DNA of 32,000 nucleotides from an uncultured bacterium (GTDB lineage: Bacteria; Auribacterota; JACPWU01), in NCBI GenBank assembly GCA_964640155.1, contig CAZXEQ010000003.1, positions 284,189 to 316,188 on the forward strand, in the 5' to 3' direction. Each line of letters begins with the position of its first letter. The stretch's first letter is position 1. A model generated the notes under the pieces. The model had not been told where the DNA came from. It did no database searches and saw only the letters and a program-made list of their open reading frames with translations. The position numbers and the translations under genes were made by a program. Below are positions 7,670 through 15,063 of the stretch, in pieces.

Positions 7670-8134
7670 ATGGCAAAAACTACGGAAATACGTCTAAGCA
7701 AGATGCTTTCAGAAGAAAGAGTTGTTGATCTTATTTCGTCAAAGAAAGATAGTGTCATCAAAGAACTTACCCAAGTGATGAGTACCTCCAAAGCTGTAGG
7801 GCATAAGATAAATTTTTATAAAGCCATTGTCGAAAGAGAGAAAATTGTTAGTACGGGAATTGGTATGGGGATTGCCATACCTCATGCAAAAGAGGAAAGT
7901 GTTTCTGATTTTGTTCTAGCGATTGGGCGTAGGCCTGAAGGGCTTGATTTTGAATCTTTAGATGGTCAACCAGCACAACTTATTTTTATGGTTGCTGCGC
8001 CTAATAAACAAAATGACGATTTTCTTCGTGTTTTATCAAAAATAGTTCTTGTTCTTAAGAATCAGAAATTTCGAAAAAAAATTTTAGAGGCTAGATCTCC
8101 TTCCGAAGTAGTGCAACTCTTTAAGGATAAGTAA
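7670..8134 (+). CDS. PTS EIIA type-2 domain protein (PtsN / EIIA-Ntr-like regulator)
   Basis: Family layout: LSEERVVDL...KDSVIKELTQVM...AIVEREKIVSTGIGMGIAIPHAK (phospho-His site)...LIFMVAAP...FLRVLSKIV. ATG 7670 follows CAGGAGGGGAG. Confidence 0.82.
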   Translation: MAKTTEIRLSKMLSEERVVDLISSKKDSVIKELTQVMSTSKAVGHKINFYKAIVEREKIVSTGIGMGIAIPHAKEESVSDFVLAIGRRPEGLDFESLDGQPAQLIFMVAAPNKQNDDFLRVLSKIVLVLKNQKFRKKILEARSPSEVVQLFKDK

Positions 8135-8478
8135 TGACTAAAAATGAATGTTTTCTCTTAATCGTTTCTGTTTATCAGGATAAGTGCTCCGAAGATGTTT
8201 TGGTTGCTTTGACGGAAAGCGGTGTTAAAGATGTTATGACTTTGACGGGAGCCAATGAAACAAGACGTCTTCCTCAAAATATTCCTCTCTTCGCAGGATT
8301 TAAAAATAGCCTGGGTAAGACGTCTCCTATGAGTAAAATATTTTTGGGAGTTGTTAATGATCCAGAAGTTCCCAAAGCAGTTTTAGCAAATCTTAAACAT
8401 GCGGATATTGATTTTTTGGGAGAAGATTTAGGGGCTATTCTTTTGCTGCCATTGCATACAGCTCATTTACCTTCATAG
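8134..8478 (+). CDS. Small hypothetical protein with a possible PII-like (beta-alpha-beta x2) fold
   Basis: 114 aa. Its start overlaps the EIIA stop (TAATG). The pattern FLLIVSVY..SEDVLVALTESGVKDVMTLTG / long loop / KIFLGVV..PKAVLANLK / AILLLPL resembles PII/ferredoxin-like topology. This is inference only. Confidence 0.45.
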   Translation: MTKNECFLLIVSVYQDKCSEDVLVALTESGVKDVMTLTGANETRRLPQNIPLFAGFKNSLGKTSPMSKIFLGVVNDPEVPKAVLANLKHADIDFLGEDLGAILLLPLHTAHLPS

Positions 8479-8480
8479 CG

Positions 8481-9578
8481 TCAATTCTTAGCTTCAAATA
8501 CACCTTCACTTAAGTATTGATCAGTAGTTTCTGCATCAGGAAAGTCATACCCTAGTCCTTTGCGCCAAACCTCGCTTGATTCCATGCATAAATACATGGG
8601 GACAATACCACCACAATCACGAATCCACCTGGATATTTTGCGATACATTTCCAAGCGTATCATTTTGAGATAACGAAGTTTCCCATCTGTCCCTGGGATA
8701 AATTCTTCATAGAGATAACTACTTTTGGGGAATTTTTCTTGAGCAATTTCTTTAAGATTCCCTAAAAGTCTTAATCCTCCCAAACTGATCCATTTGATTT
8801 GTTTGGGTCGAATGTGTTTGAAAAGGGATTGAATCAGCTCTTGATAATCTTGTTCCCATTCAGGGTAAAAGAGCAGAGGCTCTAAATGAAAACTTAAAGG
8901 ATAGCCCCATTCTTGACAAATACGAGCTGCCGCAAGTCTTTCTTCAATGTTAGGTGTTTTTAATTCTTCTTGATGTGCCATTTTTTTTGTGTTTAAAGAC
9001 CAAGAAACAATGGTTCGTCCTTGATGATCTAGATCTTGTAGGTTTTCAATTTGAATGGATTTCGTTTTAAGTTCAATACACGCTTTTTGAGTTTTTGCGA
9101 AGAAGGGGACAACATATTTAGAAAATTCAGTGATATGGTCGTGAGAAAGACTATCACTCAATTCACCTGTTCCAATGCGAAATTGTGTTTTAGGGCTTGT
9201 TGAGAAAATGCCTTCCAGCTCATTAAACATGTCATTCAAATTTGCATAAATGATGAGAGGAGGGCTATTGAGATAGCTTTGAAGCACACAATAAGTACAT
9301 TCATAATTACAATTACTTGCCGATTCTAGAATGAAATACCCGCAACATAAGGAATCTTTTGCCCCCGGGCACGCTTTTAAGAAATGACCTTTTTGTTTTG
9401 CAATGACAAGTACTTCTTTGCCTTGTTTATCTGTAAGTGAAGAGAATTGACTTTCTAAAGGTCCAGTGAAGTATTGAGGAGTCAAATGAGGTAGATTTTT
9501 AATCACACTTTGAGTGAGGGGTTCATTTAAAACAGATTCTTCGATAAATAGAGATTTAGGAGAGTATGATTTCGCCAT
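8481..9578 (-). CDS. Radical SAM protein, spore-photoproduct-lyase (SPL) family
   Basis: CX3CX2C cluster motif CNYECTYC. The overall layout parallels B. subtilis SplB as I recall it: FIEESVLNEPL ~ YIEPRALEYPL; LVIAKQKGHFLK ~ LVIGVRKTLKF; WGYPLSFHLEPLLFYPEWEQDY ~ AGYPLGFIVAPIYIHEGWEEGY. Confidence 0.8.
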   Translation of the reverse strand: MAKSYSPKSLFIEESVLNEPLTQSVIKNLPHLTPQYFTGPLESQFSSLTDKQGKEVLVIAKQKGHFLKACPGAKDSLCCGYFILESASNCNYECTYCVLQSYLNSPPLIIYANLNDMFNELEGIFSTSPKTQFRIGTGELSDSLSHDHITEFSKYVVPFFAKTQKACIELKTKSIQIENLQDLDHQGRTIVSWSLNTKKMAHQEELKTPNIEERLAAARICQEWGYPLSFHLEPLLFYPEWEQDYQELIQSLFKHIRPKQIKWISLGGLRLLGNLKEIAQEKFPKSSYLYEEFIPGTDGKLRYLKMIRLEMYRKISRWIRDCGGIVPMYLCMESSEVWRKGLGYDFPDAETTDQYLSEGVFEAKN

Positions 9579-10548
9579 CTTCAGCCGTGAGTTTAAAAAG
9601 GTTATTGATATGTTCTTTTAAGTTTTCTTTGTTGAGTAATTCAAGACCTGCTTCATATTCATGCATATTTTTGAAGCGGAATTGTATCAGATAGTCTGTT
9701 GTTTCGAAATAGGGAGGATTTTGAAGTTGAAGCTGAGGAGGCAATTTAAGTTCTTTTTTTATGTTTTTAAATTCTTCTTCTAACTGTGATAAACGGGGAA
9801 ATCGTATTTTACGAAGTTCTAACTCGAGACGAGACCATTTTTGCGACGATGTCCAGGTGGGCTGGATCAAAATCTCTTTTAAATTAGGTTGTTCAAATAG
9901 TTTTGAAGGTTCTAGCCCCGTTTTTTTGAAAATTTCCCAACATAATTCCAAAAATAATTTTTGAGGGTTCATTCCCATTTTTAAATCGTGAATAATACCT
10001 AGAAGAATTTTTTGGTCTATCTCTGAAAATTTCAGTAAACGTCCAGCACTATCAACCTGGAGAATTCCTTTGGAAACAAAGTCTTTCGCTTGAGAAGATA
10101 ATTTTTGTAGCGAAAGAAATTCATGAAACATGCTTTCTTTGATAGGCAAGTCAAGAAGCGGAAAACAATCTTTTAATATCTTTTCCAAAGAGATTTTAAA
10201 TCGATTTTGTAAGAGAGTTAAAACATTTGATTTTTCGATGGGATTTAACTTTCTTGTAGCAAGATTTTCTAAGAGTTGGATTTTTAGACCATCTAACTCG
10301 GAGATTTCATCTTTTTCATAAACAATCACAGGAAGATTTTGTTTTGGATTAAGTTCATAAGCAATCTGAATTCTTCTGTTTCCCGTAATGAGGATGTATT
10401 CCGATGCGGATTGCATGATTTGTGGGTAATGTGTTACTCCAATGCTTTGAATCGATTCTTTGAGCTCGCCAGGAATAGAACCGTAATTGAAGTTAAAAGG
10501 AGTTTTGATCTGTATTAATTCAGTTAAAGAAAGAGATGCGATTTTCAT
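9556..10548 (-). CDS. ParB N-terminal (ParB/Srx) domain protein with a novel ~200-aa C-terminal region
   Basis: ELKESIQSIGVTHYPQIM...YILITGNRRIQIAYEL (GxRR arginine patch) and KLNPIEKSNVL (start of the ParB HTH region). No ParA is adjacent. Overlaps the upstream GT2 by 4 nt (ATGA) and the downstream SPL gene by 23 nt. Confidence 0.7.
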   Translation of the reverse strand: MKIASLSLTELIQIKTPFNFNYGSIPGELKESIQSIGVTHYPQIMQSASEYILITGNRRIQIAYELNPKQNLPVIVYEKDEISELDGLKIQLLENLATRKLNPIEKSNVLTLLQNRFKISLEKILKDCFPLLDLPIKESMFHEFLSLQKLSSQAKDFVSKGILQVDSAGRLLKFSEIDQKILLGIIHDLKMGMNPQKLFLELCWEIFKKTGLEPSKLFEQPNLKEILIQPTWTSSQKWSRLELELRKIRFPRLSQLEEEFKNIKKELKLPPQLQLQNPPYFETTDYLIQFRFKNMHEYEAGLELLNKENLKEHINNLFKLTAEDGEIILS

Positions 10549-11372
10549 AAAAGGCTTTTTTCTAATTTTTCAGATTTAAGTTGATATTCAGCATACTCTT
10601 GCATTCTATCTCTTTTAAGGCAACCCTGCGCATAGATTTTACTTTTTTCTTTAATCTGTTCTTCAACCGCTGTTTTCTGACAAAGAGTTATCTTAGGATC
10701 TAAAATAATTTTTTCAAGAGCTTGTACACGAAATTTATCCATTCCAAAGAACTTTTTTGAAAGCTGGTCTGAATGTCCCCCTCTTTTAATGATAAGGGGC
10801 TCAGGGATGAAATGAACGGGGTAATGGAGGGTGCTTCTGAGCCATAAGTCATAGTCTTCACAGGCAGGAAGTGTTTCATCAAAGAGCCCTATTTTTTCAA
10901 AAACACTTCTATGAATCATCACAGAAGAAGGACTGATGAGACATAATTCTAAACATCTTTCAAAAATCCATCCTCCAGATTTTTGATGGCGTTTACCTTG
11001 ATTAACCCGTTTTCCATTTCTAATCCAAACTTCTTCTGTGTGAAAAATAAAAATTTCAGGATATTCTTGAGCAACCTGAAGTTGAATGAATAGCTTCTCA
11101 GGCTTCCATAAATCATCTGAATCAAGAAAGCAGATCCATTCACTTGTTGCTATTTTAAGTCCTGTATTTCTTGCTGAACTTACTCCTTGATTGTTTTGAT
11201 GAATATAAATAATCTCTGGAAATAATCTTATGATTTCAGCAGTATGATCAGTAGATCCATCATCCACTACAATGATTTCATGAGGAAATCGTTTTTGATT
11301 GAATACAGATTCGAGTGCTTCTTTTAGAAAATCTGCTCGATTGTAGGTTGGAATGATAAGGCTTGTTTTCAT
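10545..11372 (-). CDS. Glycosyltransferase family 2
   Basis: N-terminal SLIIPTYNRADFLKEALESVFNQ, VVDDGSTDHT, and the DxD-type motif FLDSDD. GT-A fold signatures. Confidence 0.85.
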   Translation of the reverse strand: MKTSLIIPTYNRADFLKEALESVFNQKRFPHEIIVVDDGSTDHTAEIIRLFPEIIYIHQNNQGVSSARNTGLKIATSEWICFLDSDDLWKPEKLFIQLQVAQEYPEIFIFHTEEVWIRNGKRVNQGKRHQKSGGWIFERCLELCLISPSSVMIHRSVFEKIGLFDETLPACEDYDLWLRSTLHYPVHFIPEPLIIKRGGHSDQLSKKFFGMDKFRVQALEKIILDPKITLCQKTAVEEQIKEKSKIYAQGCLKRDRMQEYAEYQLKSEKLEKSLL

Positions 11373-11556
11373 AGTTATGAATTGATTTTAATGGATGTTG
11401 ATTCTTAAGTTTTTTAGTGGCTTATTATAGGGATTAACGATGCTCAAGAAAAGGGGGTTTTAAATTTATTAAAGCGCTGTTATTTTCTTGCCAATATACA
11501 AGATGTTGTGGTAACTTTTCGTTAAATCCACTGAATGTAGTATGTAAGGGGGGTGT

Positions 11557-14500
11557 ATGTACTTAAAAAAACTGGAACTTCTTGGTTTTAAATCATTTGC
11601 AGACAAAACGGTTATTGATCTAGAATCAGGCGTTACGGCCATTATTGGGCCCAATGGGTGCGGAAAAAGCAATGTTGGAGATGCACTTAGATGGGTTTTT
11701 GGTGAGCAAAATCCTCGTATTTTGCGTGGAACTCAGATGGAAGATGTTATTTTCAATGGAACCGATATCCGTAAAGCCATTGGACGTGCAGAAGTTTCTG
11801 TAACTTTTATCAATGACGATAAAGCCCTCCCTGTTGATTATCATGAGGTGACTATAACCCGCCGATTATTTCGATCTGGAGAAAGTCAATATTTGTTGAA
11901 TCAGACTCCTTGTCTTTTGCGCGATATTCGTGAACTTTTTATGGGGACAGGTATTGGAACTAATGCGTACTTCTTTCTTGAACAGGGAAGAATTGACATG
12001 GTTTTGAGTGCAAAGCCAGAAGATCGTCGCGCTGTTTTTGAAGAAGCAGCAGGGATTATGAAGTTTAAGGTTAAAAAGAAAGCTTCTCTTCAAAGATTAG
12101 AATCGACAGATGCTAATTTAATTCGTCTTGCAGATATTATTCGTGAAGTAAAACGTCAAATTATTTCTTTAGAGCGCCAAGCAGGGAAGGCGCGGCGTTA
12201 TCAAGAAGCACGAGATGAGTTAAAACAATTAGAGTTAAAAGTTTCACGCGTTGAATTTGAAGAGCGTTCCAAAGAGTTTGAACAAAGGATTCAAGAATTA
12301 GAAAAGGGAACGCAATTAAAAGATTCTCTTCAATCAGAAGTAGGGATTTTAGAGGCAAAAATTGAAGAGGTTGAAAAAAGTCATCAGGCTATTTTTGATG
12401 AACTTCACCAGCTAGAAAAACAAGACTTAGATCTTTATCATCGCATTGAAACAGCAACGGGTGAGGTGCAGCTTTTAAAAGAAAGACTTTCTGAGTTTGA
12501 AACACGACTTGTTTCGGATGGGCAAGATATTGAACAGGCTCGAAAAAGGCTAGATGAATTAAAAAATCAATTGGTGACCGAAGAGGAAAATAGAAATAAA
12601 TTTCATGATTCCTATAAAGATCAAAAAGCACAACTTCAGCAAAAGAAAACAGGTCTTGAGGATGTGGTGAGACTTTTTGAACAAAGTCAAGAGGGCTTGA
12701 ATTCAGCTAAAGCCCAGTTGATTGATTTAAAGCAACAAGAAGCACAATTTAATAATCAACTCATGGTGCAACATCATCGTCAAAAAGATTTGGTATTAAG
12801 ACAAGAAAAATTAATTACTGAGCAAGAAAAGTTAGCGCTTCATATTAAAGAAAAAGAGAATGAAAAAGCTCAATGTCAAACTAATAACACGAGTGTAGAT
12901 CAAGAAGTTGAAGCTGCTCGCCAAAATTTGAAATCATGTCTTGAAGAAAAGGAAAAAATTGAGTCCGAATTGCTTGCATTTTCTCAAGCGCTAGAAAAGG
13001 AAAAAGAAAAACTTTTAACCAATACGGCTCGCCGTCAGGTCGCCATGGAATTTGGCGCTCTTTCAACATCATCGAATTTTTCAGGCGTGGATACTCTTGT
13101 TCATGCGGTGATGGAAATCCCTCATCAGTATCAAAAGGCTATGAAGGCATGTTTGGGGATTAAACTAGGAGCTATTATCAAAGAAAATCGAAATTTGATT
13201 GAAAGAAGAAATCAGTCTGTTTTTCTTGCGCTGGATGCACAAGTTCAAACCACTGTTGCTGAAAGTCTTTCGTCTCTTCCAGGCTTCATTGGCTATGCAT
13301 CAGAACTTGTTCGGTACTCTGATAAATACCGTAATGCTGTACGGGCTTTATTGAAAGATTTGGTGATTATTCGTGATTTTGAATCATTGAAACAAATTGA
13401 TAATCAGTGGCTAGGTCGTTTTCGTTTTGTAACTTTAGAAGGTGATTTTATTGATTATGATGGAACTTGGTCTTTCAATGGAATTTCAGAAGAAGCCCCT
13501 TTGGATTTTGCTTCACTTGAAAGCGAAATTAATGCATCTACTCAGAAGATGAAAGAAATTCAGTTGTTGAAAACTCCCGTAGAAAGCAAATTATTGAAGT
13601 TAAAAGAAACTTTAGTTCAGGCTCAAAGTCTTTTAAGAACCAAGGAGCTTGAATTAGCCAATGTGGGGGGACATCTGGAAAGATTGGTAGGAAAAGCGAA
13701 AGACCTCGAAGAAGAAAATTGGAGTTTACTAAAAGAAAAAGAAGATCTTGAAAAGGAAATGACAGAATTGGGAGTGATGATCAGTCATATTTCTGAAAAT
13801 CTGGCTTCTGTTTTAGAGAAAAGTAAGAACTTATCCTTTCAGATTGAAGAAAAAGAAAAAGAAGTGACGAGTTTGTCTGAGCAAAAAGAAGCGGCTTTGG
13901 TGGAATTGGCTGAAGTCAAAGTGTTGAGTCGCTCTATTGAGGAAGAAGAAAAACGTTTTCAAACTAGAATTTCAGAGCTGCAAGAGGCTTTTCAAGAAGC
14001 AGAAAGGCTTATCACAAAGCGTGCAGAAGATGTTTTGAGTAACACAAAAAAGAAAGAAGAAAGTCAGCTTAGATTACAAAATCTTACAGAGGAAATTACT
14101 CGTCGCACAGAAGAGCGAGAAGCCTCAAAGAAAAAAAGTTTAGAAATAGCCCAGCAAGTCGAAGGTATTACAAAAAGCCTTCAGTTGGATAGAGAAACAT
14201 TGGGTCGTCAAATTCAAGAGCTTGCTCGATTAAGAGAAGAAATTTCTAATCTTGAGATTAAAAAAGCTCAAGCTGAAATTCAGAAGCAAAATATTGCACA
14301 AAGAATGAAAGAAAAATACGAGATTGATTTATCTACAATTCCTTTGGAGATAGAAGGTTTTGTTTTGGGAGATGTTCAGCAGAAGATCGTAGAGCTTCAA
14401 GAAAAACTTCGCCAAATGGGAGAAGTAAATTTGGTTGCTATTCAAGAGTATGATGAACATAAATCTCGCTATGAATTTTTGATGAAACAACAAGAAGATT

Positions 14501-15051
14501 TGGTTAACTCCAAAGAAGATTTAGTTCGAGCGATTCAGAAGATAAATGCAACGACAAAAGAGATGTTTGTAGAAACGTTTCAAAAAATTCAAGGTACATT
14601 TAACGAGCTTTTCAGGAAGCTTTTTGGTGGAGGTCGAGCGGTTCTTCAATTGACGGACGAAGGGGATGTTTTAGAGTGTGGAATTGAAATCTCTGCACAG
14701 CCCACCGGAAAAAAATTGCAGGCTATTTCACTTCTATCGGGGGGTGAGAGGACTTTAACGGCGGTTGCTTTGCTTTTGGCTATTTTTAAGGTTCGCCCAA
14801 GTCCCTTTTGCATGATGGATGAAATGGACGCGGCTTTGGATGAATCTAATATTTTGAGATTCCTTTCTCTCTTGGATGATTTCAAAGCTATGACACAATT
14901 TATTCTTATTACCCATAATAAGAGAACGATTGGTGTTGCAGATATTATCTATGGCGTGACGATGGAAGAGTCCGGAGTTTCTAAGCTTGTTTCCATTCGT
15001 ATGGCAAAGGATAAAGAAAAGACAGAGGATGCTGCACTTGTTGCAGGGTGA
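11557..15051 (+). CDS. smc: Chromosome segregation protein SMC
   Basis: 1164 aa. N-terminal KLELLGFKSFADKT...GPNGCGKSN (Walker A), long coiled coils with a central hinge, and C-terminal LSGGERTLTAVALLLAIF (signature) plus FCMMDEMDAALD (Walker B). Confidence 0.95.
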   Translation: MYLKKLELLGFKSFADKTVIDLESGVTAIIGPNGCGKSNVGDALRWVFGEQNPRILRGTQMEDVIFNGTDIRKAIGRAEVSVTFINDDKALPVDYHEVTITRRLFRSGESQYLLNQTPCLLRDIRELFMGTGIGTNAYFFLEQGRIDMVLSAKPEDRRAVFEEAAGIMKFKVKKKASLQRLESTDANLIRLADIIREVKRQIISLERQAGKARRYQEARDELKQLELKVSRVEFEERSKEFEQRIQELEKGTQLKDSLQSEVGILEAKIEEVEKSHQAIFDELHQLEKQDLDLYHRIETATGEVQLLKERLSEFETRLVSDGQDIEQARKRLDELKNQLVTEEENRNKFHDSYKDQKAQLQQKKTGLEDVVRLFEQSQEGLNSAKAQLIDLKQQEAQFNNQLMVQHHRQKDLVLRQEKLITEQEKLALHIKEKENEKAQCQTNNTSVDQEVEAARQNLKSCLEEKEKIESELLAFSQALEKEKEKLLTNTARRQVAMEFGALSTSSNFSGVDTLVHAVMEIPHQYQKAMKACLGIKLGAIIKENRNLIERRNQSVFLALDAQVQTTVAESLSSLPGFIGYASELVRYSDKYRNAVRALLKDLVIIRDFESLKQIDNQWLGRFRFVTLEGDFIDYDGTWSFNGISEEAPLDFASLESEINASTQKMKEIQLLKTPVESKLLKLKETLVQAQSLLRTKELELANVGGHLERLVGKAKDLEEENWSLLKEKEDLEKEMTELGVMISHISENLASVLEKSKNLSFQIEEKEKEVTSLSEQKEAALVELAEVKVLSRSIEEEEKRFQTRISELQEAFQEAERLITKRAEDVLSNTKKKEESQLRLQNLTEEITRRTEEREASKKKSLEIAQQVEGITKSLQLDRETLGRQIQELARLREEISNLEIKKAQAEIQKQNIAQRMKEKYEIDLSTIPLEIEGFVLGDVQQKIVELQEKLRQMGEVNLVAIQEYDEHKSRYEFLMKQQEDLVNSKEDLVRAIQKINATTKEMFVETFQKIQGTFNELFRKLFGGGRAVLQLTDEGDVLECGIEISAQPTGKKLQAISLLSGGERTLTAVALLLAIFKVRPSPFCMMDEMDAALDESNILRFLSLLDDFKAMTQFILITHNKRTIGVADIIYGVTMEESGVSKLVSIRMAKDKEKTEDAALVAG

Positions 15052-15063
15052 TAGTATTGAATC

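Noticed and set aside
11373-11556. Divergent promoter region between the GT2 operon and smc (two TTGATT boxes 19 nt apart; TTGCCA-18-TAACTT)
   Set aside because: Several -35-like hexamers are present. None has a convincing -10 partner at 16-18 nt, so I cannot support a specific promoter call.
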